Of a DNA stretch of 46,065 bases, positions 1 through 9,864 are shown piece after piece (positions within the stretch are counted from its first letter, which is position 1; each line of letters opens with the position of its first letter). The DNA comes from Candidatus Bathyarchaeia archaeon (lineage in GTDB: Archaea; Thermoproteota; Bathyarchaeia; TCS64). The stretch covers positions 1-46,065 of the forward strand of contig JBEKDF010000023.1 in NCBI GenBank assembly GCA_050014495.1. The letters are read 5' to 3'. The notes beneath the pieces are model-generated. The model did not search any database. It saw only the letters and a program-made list of their open reading frames with translations, and had not been told where the DNA came from. The position numbers and the translations under genes were made by a program.

Positions 1-879
1 GTAGAAGCGTTGACTCAGCTTCAGGATCCTCGCCTCGATCTGACTTGGTCTGAGGTCGAGCAGCATCTCAATAGCTGCCTTCGTCCCAACCATACTCAGG
101 TAGCTTGGCTCACCCAGCTCGAACTTCTTCGCGCTATCCTTGAGCCTCGGTCTCTCTATGTCATGCTCCTCGACGGAGCGATAACCAAACTGCACGGGAT
201 CGAGGTCAGGTATCAGATCCTCCTTTACGTAGAGGAAGCCAGCCCCGCTGCAGCCAACGAGCCATTTGTAAGCCCCGTCTGCGTAAAAGTCGACGCCACT
301 CCTCTTCAAATCCACCTTTAACGCCCCCGCAGCTTGAATCCCATCGACTACGAGGTAAGCTCCGTGTTCGTGGGCGATCTCCGAGAAGGCTCTGATATCG
401 TGGCGTGCCCCCGTTAGCCACTCGACATGGCTGACTGAGACCGCTTTAGTCTTGTCATCCACGGCTCTTCCAAGATCGTCGAGCTGGACTGCTCCCCCCC
501 TCCCCTTGACTACCCGGACCTCGATGCCCCTCGGGCGCTGTGCCATCCATGGGTAGAGATTGGCTGGGTTCTCAAGATCATTCACCACAATGTTGTCTCC
601 TTCCTTGAATCGCAGCGCCTCTGCGACGGTTGCGAGGCCGGAGGAGGTGTTAGGCTGCGAGCACGCTTCATCCGGGCTGCAGCCGACTAGCTTCGCCCAG
701 AGGGCGACTGCCTCCTCGGTGCGGGCATCCCCTCTCCTGTCTAGTCTATCCCAGTCGAGGAGGTAACCCCTGATCGCTTCCTGGACAGCGGTGCATGGTG
801 GGCTATGGTTGGCTATATCGAGGAATGTGGTCGTCTTCGTCACGGGGAAGAGGTCTTCCCTTATCTTCTCGACGTTCAT
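1..879 (-). CDS. Class V PLP-dependent aminotransferase / cysteine desulfurase-like protein (3' end runs off window)
   Basis: Not in the ORF track. Manual translation from ATG at 879 gives MNVEKIREDLFPVTKTTTFLDIANHSP...PNTSSGL...VVNDLENPANLYPW...VSVSHVEWLTG...LVVDGIQAAG...DFYADGAYKWLVG, with the fold-type I DxxQ motif and PLP lysine (YKW). Confidence 0.88.
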   Translation of the reverse strand, partial: MNVEKIREDLFPVTKTTTFLDIANHSPPCTAVQEAIRGYLLDWDRLDRRGDARTEEAVALWAKLVGCSPDEACSQPNTSSGLATVAEALRFKEGDNIVVNDLENPANLYPWMAQRPRGIEVRVVKGRGGAVQLDDLGRAVDDKTKAVSVSHVEWLTGARHDIRAFSEIAHEHGAYLVVDGIQAAGALKVDLKRSGVDFYADGAYKWLVGCSGAGFLYVKEDLIPDLDPVQFGYRSVEEHDIERPRLKDSAKKFELGEPSYLSMVGTKAAIEMLLDLRPSQIEARILKLSQRFY

Positions 880-1044
880 GTTGAACTGTTGAGGGCCGAC
901 AGCGTTAAAGGGTTAGCTTCGGTCCCTTAGCAATTGTAAAGGTCGGCTTAATCAGGGTATATTAACCCCTTCCCTAGAGCAATCACTCGCGATACCCTTT
1001 TACAGCTGCAAGTCGCATGAAGGCAACAGAAAGAGTGGATACAC

Positions 1045-1506
1045 ATGGCAGCCTTCGACAAAGAAGAGGAATCAGGACCGATGAAGATTGGCGACCTAAA
1101 TCAGTACTCGCGCCAGATCAATGTAGTGGTTAAGGTCATCAGTAAGACAGACGTACGCGAAGTCGTCACCCGTAACGATGAGACCCAACATAAGGTCTGT
1201 GAGGCACTAGTGGCCGACGACACCGGCGCAATATACCTCACACTCTGGGACGAAGCAGTTGAAAAGGTCCAGGAAGACCAGATTCTCGCGGTTAATAACG
1301 CATACATGAACACCTTCAAGGGGAGCATGAGGATGAACATAGGACGCTATGGTAGCTATGAGGTCCGGGAGGAGGCACCCTTCACTGATGTCAACCTCGA
1401 GAACAACCTTTCCGCAAAGCAGGTCGAGTACGATGGCGGGTCTAGGGGAGGTGGGGGGTTCGGTGGGCGCGGAGACCAGAGCTACGGAAGAGGCCGCAGG
1501 TATTAG
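1045..1506 (+). CDS. ssb: Single-stranded DNA-binding protein, single OB fold with Gly/Arg-rich C-terminal tail
   Basis: KIGDL...INVVVKVISK...VADDTGAIYLTLWDE...NAYMNTFKG is an RPA/SSB OB fold; the GGSRGGGGFGGRG tail resembles crenarchaeal SSB. Confidence 0.85.
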   Translation: MAAFDKEEESGPMKIGDLNQYSRQINVVVKVISKTDVREVVTRNDETQHKVCEALVADDTGAIYLTLWDEAVEKVQEDQILAVNNAYMNTFKGSMRMNIGRYGSYEVREEAPFTDVNLENNLSAKQVEYDGGSRGGGGFGGRGDQSYGRGRRY

Positions 1507-1543
1507 CCTAACCTATTTATTTTAATTGACGTCTAATCCCGCT

Positions 1544-2056
1544 ATGTCCATGCTTCAGAAAGAGACGATTGTATTCGAGACCACGAAGGGCAACATAGAG
1601 ATTGAACTCAATAGGGCTAAGGCCCCCGTTACCGTCGACAATTTCGTGAAATACATTAAGGAGGGCTTCTTCGATGGCACCATCTTTCACCGTGTAATCC
1701 CCGGTTTCATGATCCAGGGTGGCGGTTTCACACCCGATGGTACCCAGAAGAGGACTCATCAACCCATAAGGCTGGAGTCCAAGAACGGACTCAAAAACAC
1801 CGCCGGAACCATAGCTATGGCGAGGACGAATGACCCTGACAGCGCCACGAGCCAGTTCTTTATAAATCTCATAGACAACCACTTCCTCAACGCCTCCCCT
1901 GGAAATCAGGGATACGTAGTCTTCGGCGCTGTAGTTGCTGGTATGGATACTCTCAAAGCTATAGCGACGGTTAAGACTGGCTCACGTGGCCCTCATCAGG
2001 ACTGGCCAAGTGAAGACATCATGATCAAACATGCCTACATGAAGCAGACTCCGTAA
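1544..2056 (+). CDS. Cyclophilin-type peptidyl-prolyl cis-trans isomerase
   Basis: APVTVDNF, FHRVIPGFMIQGGG, GTIAMART, SATSQFFIN, GYVVFG motifs. Start uncertain (TTG 1526, ATG 1544 or ATG 1550). Confidence 0.95.
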   Translation: MSMLQKETIVFETTKGNIEIELNRAKAPVTVDNFVKYIKEGFFDGTIFHRVIPGFMIQGGGFTPDGTQKRTHQPIRLESKNGLKNTAGTIAMARTNDPDSATSQFFINLIDNHFLNASPGNQGYVVFGAVVAGMDTLKAIATVKTGSRGPHQDWPSEDIMIKHAYMKQTP

Positions 2057-2092
2057 ATCATTTTTAAGTGAATAACCACCCATTCTATCCCG

Positions 2093-3007
2093 ATGCAAAT
2101 GGTCGAGAACCTACGTGTCGCCATAGACAAGTTCCCTTACAACGGCCAGTTCGGGTTGAAGGAGATCGGTATACAGGCCGACGCCATCGAACAGGGCGGT
2201 CTCCCCGAACTTCTTAAGAAGAAGGGGTGCACCATCGCGGAGAGCTTCACGACGAAGCTCATGCCAGATGAGGAGAAGCAATATGGTGAGCAGCATAGAA
2301 TGGGATTAGCCTCCAAACACCTCGCGGACGCCGTATCCGCTCAGATTAAGAGGGGGATGCTCCCAATTGGACTCCTCCAGAACTGCAACGGCCTCATGGG
2401 GATGCTCGCTGGAATCCAACACAGCGGACCCAACTGGAAACCCATCAAAGTTGGCCTAGTCTGGATAGACGCCCACGGCGACTTCAACACCCCTGAGACA
2501 ACCTACAGTGGGATGCTCGGAGGCATGCCCGTCGCCGTAAGCTGTGGACTCTGCCTCGACCGCCTCCGCAGAACCTGTGGCCTCGACCCCGCCCTCCCCA
2601 CAAAGTATCTCACCATGGTCGCTGTACGTGACACAGACCCCTACGAGCAAGAGTCCATTGACAGGCTCGACATCGCTCAAGTAACCGTCGACGACCTCAA
2701 GAAGCGCAGCCCAGCAGTCGATATGGAGATGGAGCGCCTCTCCACACTCTGCGACAAGATATACGTCCACGTCGACATGGATGTCCTAGACCCAGCCGAC
2801 ATACCCGGCGCTGGCCTACCAGTCCCTAACGGGCCTACCGCGAAGGAACTCGCCGATGCCATCGAGGTTATGTTCGAGTACCCACAGGCCTGTGCTTTCG
2901 GCGTTGCAAGCTATCCTGCCGCTAGGGACACCGAAAAGATAGGGCTAAAGTCTGTGTACACCCTCATCGAAGGCGCTATAAAAGGGGCGCAGAGCAGAAC
3001 CGATTAA
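2093..3007 (+). CDS. Arginase/ureohydrolase family protein
   Basis: WIDAHGDFNTP and HVDMDVLDP metal-binding motifs; SGMLGGMP. Confidence 0.85.
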   Translation: MQMVENLRVAIDKFPYNGQFGLKEIGIQADAIEQGGLPELLKKKGCTIAESFTTKLMPDEEKQYGEQHRMGLASKHLADAVSAQIKRGMLPIGLLQNCNGLMGMLAGIQHSGPNWKPIKVGLVWIDAHGDFNTPETTYSGMLGGMPVAVSCGLCLDRLRRTCGLDPALPTKYLTMVAVRDTDPYEQESIDRLDIAQVTVDDLKKRSPAVDMEMERLSTLCDKIYVHVDMDVLDPADIPGAGLPVPNGPTAKELADAIEVMFEYPQACAFGVASYPAARDTEKIGLKSVYTLIEGAIKGAQSRTD

Positions 3008-4311
3008 ACTATTAGGGTCTCCCGTTCAACCCGCCTTTTGCCTATTCCTAGGTCGGAGACCTTGAAGCCTCGACCACCGTAGAGTGTCGCGTACTCCTTC
3101 TCCTCGTTCAACGCGTCAACAATTCTCCCTAGGGCGTCGCTCTTCATTATGCCGCTGCCGCTTGAGGCGCCTACGTAGATTAGGCCTGGGGACGCCTCAA
3201 CTACAGGCGTTTGGTCGAAGCCGTTTATGTCGTACTGTCCGGCCCAGCTGTTCGCTGGACGTACATCTTGGAAGCAGGGCATGTACTGGACGAGGGCGTG
3301 GTAGATGTTGTTACTGTAGTATTCTTCCTCGGACTGAGGGTCGTCCTCTAACTCGAACTTTCGTCCCATGTTGTCAGCACAGGCTAACCAGATGCTCCCC
3401 TCCGACACCTCCCCTTTAAGCAGGATCCCCGCTGTAGGCAGTATAGTAACTGGAAGCATATTATCCTCATTAAAGTCCTTCGTATTCATTAGCCTGCTTA
3501 GCTTCGGGTCCTTAAAGGCGAATATCTGTCTCTTCTTCGGTCTCATCAGGCAGTCAAAGCCTATCGGGTCGAGGACCTTCGAAGCCCAGACACCGCAGGC
3601 GACGACCGTCGTCTCTGCGAGAATTTTCCCCTTTGACGTCTCTGCTCCAGCGATCCTGCTCTCCTGCCAGACGAAGGGTTCACCCGGGATCCCTAGGGGT
3701 TCCACGGGATCGTGGATTAGCTTCGATGCCTCTGTATTGTAGTGGATCTCCCCCCCGATCTTAAGGAACTCCGACTCGTATGCCTTCACGAGCCTATCCG
3801 CGTCGACGCTTCCACACTTGGATCCGAAGACCCCCATCTCAACATCCTCTAAGCCCATAAGGTCGGACTCCTCGCTGTCACCGAAATCGGTTACGAGGTC
3901 GGGCATCAATGTCTTCAGTTCATCTGAGCTGTACTCCAGAATCCTTGCCCCTCTCTTCTTGCAGGCGTCGAAGGGCACCTTTCTCTGCTCATACTCCTCC
4001 TCAGGGAGAAGCCATAGGTAACCGAGTTCGTGCAGCCCAATGTCATATTCGAGATCCTCCTTTAGGTGGTGAAACCAATCAATGGTCGAGTCCGCGAGGA
4101 GGTAGTTTGTTTCGCTTGCGAAGAGGTTGCGGTACCCCCCCTCACTCTTGGCGCTGTTTCCTTGACCGGGCCCACTGAGGCGCTCAACTACGATGACTTT
4201 GCGCGAAGGGTCGCGCTTCTTCAGGTAGTAAGCGGAACTCAGGCCTAGGACTCCAGCGCCTACAACGAGGACGTCAGTCTCCAAAGCTTCCTTCAACAAG
4301 GCAATAAGCAT
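3004..4311 (-). CDS. FAD-dependent oxidoreductase, DAO / sarcosine oxidase beta-like family
   Basis: N-terminal DVLVVGAGVLGLSSAYYL Rossmann motif, GNSAKSEG, VVACGVWA, WAGQYD, SGSGIM. Confidence 0.85.
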   Translation of the reverse strand: MLIALLKEALETDVLVVGAGVLGLSSAYYLKKRDPSRKVIVVERLSGPGQGNSAKSEGGYRNLFASETNYLLADSTIDWFHHLKEDLEYDIGLHELGYLWLLPEEEYEQRKVPFDACKKRGARILEYSSDELKTLMPDLVTDFGDSEESDLMGLEDVEMGVFGSKCGSVDADRLVKAYESEFLKIGGEIHYNTEASKLIHDPVEPLGIPGEPFVWQESRIAGAETSKGKILAETTVVACGVWASKVLDPIGFDCLMRPKKRQIFAFKDPKLSRLMNTKDFNEDNMLPVTILPTAGILLKGEVSEGSIWLACADNMGRKFELEDDPQSEEEYYSNNIYHALVQYMPCFQDVRPANSWAGQYDINGFDQTPVVEASPGLIYVGASSGSGIMKSDALGRIVDALNEEKEYATLYGGRGFKVSDLGIGKRRVERETLIV

Positions 4312-4381
4312 CCTGAATAATAGATTATCCCTAGAAGCGACACGATAACGTAATATCTCGAGCCATTACAGTACACCCGAC

Positions 4382-5305
4382 ATGTCCGAGAAGGCATCCA
4401 AGGAAGAGAACATTATAGTCCCAAGCAAGTGGTGGGAGAGCCTACCCCGAAAGGTCTACTCGAAGTTGGAGTGTGTCGAGACGAGCCAGCCCTGGTTCGA
4501 GGTCTACAGGCTCAACCCGAAGACCTACGCTATCTACGAACCGTACCAGTTCGAGGAGACCCTCAGTTACCTCGTCGAGGGAGACAAGAAGGCCATCCTC
4601 ATCGACACGGGCGATGGCATAGGCAATATAAAGAAGCTGGCTGAGGAGCTGACCGATATGCCCCTCCATGTCGTCAACACACACACCCACGTCGACCATG
4701 TTGCCCAAGACTACATGTTCAAGGATGTCTGGTGCTACGATGGCCCCATGGCCTATGAGGTCGAGAAAACTGGGTACCCCAACAGCAAAACGGCTCCCAT
4801 GGTAGGTCCCGGGATGACTTGGAAACCTCTCCCAAAGGGCTTTGACCCTAAGAAGTGGGTTGTGCCACCATACAAGGTGACGAAGTGGCTACACGACGGC
4901 GACGTCATAGATCTCGGAGGTAGAAAACTGGAGGTTATCTACACCCCAGGGCACAGCAATGACCATATAGCGTTACTCGATAGGAAGAACCGTTGGCTCT
5001 GGACCGGTGACATATTCTATACAGGCGGAATCTATACCTATCTTCCCGGAGGGGATCTCGACCAGTTTATCAAGAGTTACGAGAGAATGATCAAGCTCTT
5101 CCCCGAGTACGACTATTTGATGCCGAGCCACAACGAGCCGATGGTGGAGAAGGAGATACTCCTCACGGTGCTTGAGAAGGCGAAGCTCATACGTTCTGGC
5201 AAAGAGAAGAGGTACACCGAGGGAATGGAGGATGGCGAGAAGATCAGACGTCATCAGTACGATCGGTTCGCTATTATCACATTCGAGAAGCAGATAAAGG
5301 GTTAA
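4382..5305 (+). CDS. Metallo-beta-lactamase fold hydrolase
   Basis: LIDTG, NTHTHVDH, TPGHS, TGDIFY, MPSHN motifs. Confidence 0.9.
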   Translation: MSEKASKEENIIVPSKWWESLPRKVYSKLECVETSQPWFEVYRLNPKTYAIYEPYQFEETLSYLVEGDKKAILIDTGDGIGNIKKLAEELTDMPLHVVNTHTHVDHVAQDYMFKDVWCYDGPMAYEVEKTGYPNSKTAPMVGPGMTWKPLPKGFDPKKWVVPPYKVTKWLHDGDVIDLGGRKLEVIYTPGHSNDHIALLDRKNRWLWTGDIFYTGGIYTYLPGGDLDQFIKSYERMIKLFPEYDYLMPSHNEPMVEKEILLTVLEKAKLIRSGKEKRYTEGMEDGEKIRRHQYDRFAIITFEKQIKG

Positions 5306-5543
5306 ACCCACGTTTTCTGAGGCTTTTTTTTTGCTGCTTTGTTCTCGTCGCCTCTATAAGCTCCCCTTATAAGAGTCTGCATAGCCGACTTGGCTCCATC
5401 CTCGATATGATGCTCATATTCATCCCACTGCGAAGCGCTCGCGACACTCCGATCAGGATGTATGACTTCGGTCGCTTCAGTATAGTCACATGCGTACCAC
5501 AGTCTCGATAAGGTAATATTCGCCTTGCGCACCGTATCGCGAT

Positions 5544-6446
5544 ATGGCATACTCCAATAACACCGATACTGGACTCATCGTCCCCAAGAAGTGGTATGAG
5601 TCCCTCCCACGGCAGAGCTGGAGCCGCTTCGACAAGGTCGAGACGAGCTACCCTTGGTTCGACGTCTATGAGACGACCCCCGAGACTTACGCCATATACG
5701 AGGACGGGCAGTTCGAAGAGGTCATGAGCTACTTAGTCATCGGTGAGGAAACGGCGGCCCTCGTTGACACCGGAAACGGAATCGGTGACATCAAGGGAGT
5801 AGTAGAGGAGTTAACCGACCTCCCGATCACTGTGGTCAACACCCACTCCCACTTCGATCACACGGGGGGAAACTGGGCCTTCGATGAAGTCGCACTCTAT
5901 GACCACCCCTTCGCTAGGGAGAACATCAAGGGGAGACTACATGAGGAGATTGGTAACTTCCTCGGCGAGGGCATGGTGTGGAAACCCCTCCCGAAGGACA
6001 TAGACCCCAACACATGGTACACCAAACCCTACAAGGTCACCAGGTGGATGAAGGAGGGGAATAGGATCAACCTCGGTGGCAAGGAACTCGAGGTAATCCA
6101 CACACCGGGGCATTCACCCGACAGCGTCTCTCTCCTCGAGAGGCGGGAGCACCTGCTCTTCACAGGCGACATATTCTACCTCGCTCCCATCTACATTTAC
6201 TCTAAGGACTCTGATATGGACGAGTTCATCTCCAGTTTCCGAAAGATGGTGAAAGCTGATTATGACTGGGCGATGCCAGCTCACAACGAATCTATGGTGG
6301 AAAAGAAGGTTGTCGAGGATGTCCTAACCGCAATCGAGGCCGTTAAGGCAGGTAAAGGAGGCGTGTATAAGTCTGGCGTTGCTAACGGGATCAAGGTCCG
6401 TCGATACGATTATCGACAGTTCGCCCTCATCGTCAGGGACGAGTAG
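5544..6446 (+). CDS. Metallo-beta-lactamase fold hydrolase (paralog of 4382-5305)
   Basis: LVDTG, NTHSHFDH, TPGHS, TGDIFY, MPAHN; aligns end to end with the upstream paralog. Confidence 0.9.
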   Translation: MAYSNNTDTGLIVPKKWYESLPRQSWSRFDKVETSYPWFDVYETTPETYAIYEDGQFEEVMSYLVIGEETAALVDTGNGIGDIKGVVEELTDLPITVVNTHSHFDHTGGNWAFDEVALYDHPFARENIKGRLHEEIGNFLGEGMVWKPLPKDIDPNTWYTKPYKVTRWMKEGNRINLGGKELEVIHTPGHSPDSVSLLERREHLLFTGDIFYLAPIYIYSKDSDMDEFISSFRKMVKADYDWAMPAHNESMVEKKVVEDVLTAIEAVKAGKGGVYKSGVANGIKVRRYDYRQFALIVRDE

Positions 6447-6482
6447 CCACCATTTTTTAAACACGCGGATTAACTCTCAGGT

Positions 6483-7115
6483 GTGGCCCAAGAGACTATT
6501 CATGTCGTTGAGCACCGCATAGCGGGGCTTTTTCCGATGGTCAAATCCTTCATAGCCGAAGGTGATGACCTCGTCCTAATCGACACTGGGCTTAACAGTG
6601 GCTCTGCGCGGAACATCGAAAAAGAGCTTGGTGGGCTCAACCATAGATTATCCGATGTCGATCTCTGTATAATTACGCATGCGCATCGAGACCATGTTGG
6701 TGGGCTTAAGACTCTCAAGTCAGGGATGGAGCCATTCCTCATTGCTTCACATGATGCGGAGGCAGACGAGGTAGAGAAGGCGACTGGCCTAGAGGTAGAC
6801 TTGCGTCTCGTCGACGGTCAATTAATCGGTGGCTTTACCGTCATCTATCTCCCTGGTCACACACTCGGTAGCATAGGTCTCCTCCGTGGAGACACGTTGA
6901 TTGCGGGCGACGCTCTAAATGGCGGAGGATCAGAGCTCAAAGGCCCGAATCCAATGTTCTCAAAGGATCGCGATATCGCTGAAGAGAGTGTCCGCAGTTT
7001 AGCTAATTTCAACTTCGATAAGGTTCTAGTTAGTCATGGAAGTGGTATCGAGAAGGGGGGTAAGGAGGCGTTATTGAGGCTGATTACTAGAATGCCCGAA
7101 TCTAAGTCCCTCTGA
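6483..7115 (+). CDS. Metallo-beta-lactamase fold hydrolase (short type)
   Basis: LIDTG, ITHAHRDHVGG, LPGHT, AGDAL, VSHG. Confidence 0.88.
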   Translation: MAQETIHVVEHRIAGLFPMVKSFIAEGDDLVLIDTGLNSGSARNIEKELGGLNHRLSDVDLCIITHAHRDHVGGLKTLKSGMEPFLIASHDAEADEVEKATGLEVDLRLVDGQLIGGFTVIYLPGHTLGSIGLLRGDTLIAGDALNGGGSELKGPNPMFSKDRDIAEESVRSLANFNFDKVLVSHGSGIEKGGKEALLRLITRMPESKSL

Positions 7116-7125
7116 CCCCCGCAGA

Positions 7126-8343
7126 TTGAGATGGCTTCAAATGGCCACCCGGAATGGCCTCACCTGGAATACAATGGTGGACCCGAAGGGCAGGCAGCTG
7201 AACCTTCTGATGGTGGTTCAGATGGCTGGTTCCTTCAGGATGGGTATAGTCGCCCCGATCTTAGCCCTCCTGATACGGAGGCACGGTGTCTCCATCATAG
7301 AGATTGGGGTACTTGGAGTCGCCGGGATGCTTGGGTGGCTTATATTTGAGCCTCTCTCAGGTGTTATCTCTGACAGGGTAAATAGACGCGTTATGATAGC
7401 CTTCTCCATCGTATCAACTTCTATTATATATCTACTCTACCCATTTGCAACGGTGTTTAGCCACTTTCTCATACTCGCCTTCGCTCTATCCTCGTTCTCA
7501 TCGGCATCCAGTGTTCCCACCCGGGCACTACTCTCTGAGTTGCTGCCCAGTTCTAGCCGTGGGCACACCTATGGGAGGTACATGGCTATTGTCAGCGGCA
7601 GTTCTGTGATCGCTCCTTTCGTGGGGGGATATGTTTCCGATGTCATCGGTTACGCATTGCCCTTTTACGCCGCAGGTGGCGTTGGCGTCATAGCCCTTAT
7701 CGCCGTTATATTAATGGGTAAACCCCCCGAGGCTGACAAGAAGAAGCAGAGATTGAGAATGAGTATCACCGAGGTTCTGAAGGGTAATCTCGTGACCATC
7801 TACCTGGTCAGGGGACTCTACTTCTTCAACTCCCCCTTCAGAAGCAACTTCCTCCCCATTCTCCTAAACGAGAGCACGAGCTTACAGGCAACAGAGACCG
7901 AGATAGGTACGTATATGACGATCGTAAGCTTTACCGGTGCGATCTCACAGACCTTCCTCGGGGATCTCATCGATCGTATCGGTAGCGGGAAGATCGTGAC
8001 CGTGGTTTGTGGCATCCTTGCCTTCAGCTACCTCGGAATGCTTGCGGTGAACTGGGTGCCAATATTATTCGTTATCGGGGCTTTGCAAGGAGTTCTCCAA
8101 GCAGGAGCGGATACGAGCATGATGATGCACCTCATTGGTATCCAGAGTCGTGTCAAAACCGGTGTAGTTATGGGACTTTACGCGGAATCAGAGAACATTG
8201 GCGGCATAGTCGCGAACCCGGCCCTTGGCTACGTCTACACAGGCTTCGGACCCCTCTCCTCCCTGGTACTCGTCTCAGGCATACTTTTCCTGGCTGCAGG
8301 CATATCCATCACTAGGCTTAGAGCCGCTCCAATATCGTCTTAA
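7126..8343 (+). CDS. Major facilitator superfamily transporter
   Basis: About 12 hydrophobic segments; motif-A-like GVISDRVNRR and GDLIDRIGSG. Start may be ATG 7141 or 7174. Confidence 0.88.
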   Translation: MRWLQMATRNGLTWNTMVDPKGRQLNLLMVVQMAGSFRMGIVAPILALLIRRHGVSIIEIGVLGVAGMLGWLIFEPLSGVISDRVNRRVMIAFSIVSTSIIYLLYPFATVFSHFLILAFALSSFSSASSVPTRALLSELLPSSSRGHTYGRYMAIVSGSSVIAPFVGGYVSDVIGYALPFYAAGGVGVIALIAVILMGKPPEADKKKQRLRMSITEVLKGNLVTIYLVRGLYFFNSPFRSNFLPILLNESTSLQATETEIGTYMTIVSFTGAISQTFLGDLIDRIGSGKIVTVVCGILAFSYLGMLAVNWVPILFVIGALQGVLQAGADTSMMMHLIGIQSRVKTGVVMGLYAESENIGGIVANPALGYVYTGFGPLSSLVLVSGILFLAAGISITRLRAAPISS

Positions 8344-8367
8344 AGTCCCAGCAACTCCCTACGATTC

Positions 8368-9303
8368 ATGCTAAAACAAGTCATCGACGCAATGGAGCTC
8401 CTCGACTCCGCCACCGTCACGGGAAAAGAAGTCGAGACACTCCTCAGGGCGAGGGGGCTCGAAGACATCATGGTGAAAACGCTGCGGGGAGAGAAGGGTA
8501 AGACCGACTTCATCATGGTGAGAATACCGGGAACACGGGGTAAAACCGCTAAGGGGGATGCTCCGACACTCGGGGTTCTAGGTCGGCTCGGCGGTGTGGG
8601 CGCTAGACCCGAGATGGTTGGACTTGTATCAGATGCGGACGGAGCTATCATAGCTGTGGCCACCGCGCTGAAACTGGCCGATATGAAAACACATGGAGAT
8701 GCGCTTCCTGGAGACGTGTTAATAGGGACTCACATATGCCCCGACGCCCCAACTATCCCACACAAACCAGTCCCGTTCATGGGCTCCCCAGTTACCTTCG
8801 CAGACATCGGAAAGCTCGAATTGAGCACGGAGATGGATGCAATACTCAGCGTTGACACGACGAAGGGCAACAGGATCGCTAAGTGGAGGGGCTTCGCCAT
8901 AACCCCCACCGCCAAGGAGGGTTGGCTCCTCAAGGTCAGCGACGACCTTCTCACAATTATGGAGATAGTTACGGGAAGGATTGCGAGGGTCTGCCCCATC
9001 ACGACTCAGGATATAACCCCCTACGGAAATGGTATTGACCACATAAACAGCATAATGCAGCCATGCACGGTGACTGACAAGCCTGTCGTTGGAGTCGCCA
9101 TAACCACTGAGTCAACTGTGCCAGGTTGTGCGTCTGGAGCCAGTCATCCTGAGGACATTGAGGAGGCGACCCGATTCTGTGTCGAGGTGGCGAAAGCCTA
9201 CGGGAAGGGTCTATGCCAGTTCTATAACATTGAGGAGTGGCGCCAGATAGAGAAGAGGTATGGTCCACTCAAGCTTCTACAGACCCTTGGGCGCGCCTCT
9301 TAA
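8368..9303 (+). CDS. DUF1177 family protein
   Basis: GRLGGVGARPE, GLVSDADG, THICPDAPT.PH.PVPFM, LSVDTTKGNR, HINSIMQP are recognisable DUF1177 blocks. Confidence 0.85.
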   Translation: MLKQVIDAMELLDSATVTGKEVETLLRARGLEDIMVKTLRGEKGKTDFIMVRIPGTRGKTAKGDAPTLGVLGRLGGVGARPEMVGLVSDADGAIIAVATALKLADMKTHGDALPGDVLIGTHICPDAPTIPHKPVPFMGSPVTFADIGKLELSTEMDAILSVDTTKGNRIAKWRGFAITPTAKEGWLLKVSDDLLTIMEIVTGRIARVCPITTQDITPYGNGIDHINSIMQPCTVTDKPVVGVAITTESTVPGCASGASHPEDIEEATRFCVEVAKAYGKGLCQFYNIEEWRQIEKRYGPLKLLQTLGRAS

Positions 9304-9350
9304 CTCCAGCGCCTTTTTAAACCCCGTAACAAAAAACCTATTCGAAGATA

Positions 9351-9815
9351 ATGATCTTTAAGAAGATACTCGTCGCATACGACGGCTCCGAACAATCTAA
9401 ACGTGCCATCGACTACGCTGCTGACATGGCGAGCTCCTGCGGGGGTACCCTCTTAGTACTCACCGTAGTCCCCAGAGTCACCCTACCAATCTTCCCCGAT
9501 GAGGGTTTCGGTTCAGCACCACTGACGACGATGCAGGACTTCGAGATCTACCGGGAACAGATGCGGGTGATGTACCAACTGAGCCAAGACGAAATAATGA
9601 AAAACCTCGCTGAGCACTTCCCGAAGCTAGAAGCAGAGGCCATCCTTCTTGATGGTAGACCTAGCAGCACGATCGTGGAGCAGGCAGAGAAAAACCGAGT
9701 CGACCTCATAGTGATGGGCAGCCGCGGCATCGGTGGCATTAGTGGCTGGATACTTGGCTCCACGAGTAGGCGCGTCGTCGAGTCATGCACCAAACCTGTC
9801 TTAGTCATCAAGTAG
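9351..9815 (+). CDS. Universal stress protein (UspA family)
   Basis: KKILVAYDGSEQS and DLIVMGSRG...LGSTS..VV....PVLVIK. Confidence 0.93.
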   Translation: MIFKKILVAYDGSEQSKRAIDYAADMASSCGGTLLVLTVVPRVTLPIFPDEGFGSAPLTTMQDFEIYREQMRVMYQLSQDEIMKNLAEHFPKLEAEAILLDGRPSSTIVEQAEKNRVDLIVMGSRGIGGISGWILGSTSRRVVESCTKPVLVIK

Positions 9816-9864
9816 CCAGGGCAACCCTTTTTCACCACCTACATGAAGGAATAGCCGACACCGA

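Noticed and set aside
10..766. Short tracked ORFs 10-321, 206-421 and 560-766
   Set aside because: They are shadows of the minus-strand aminotransferase (1-879), which the track missed because it has no stop in the window.
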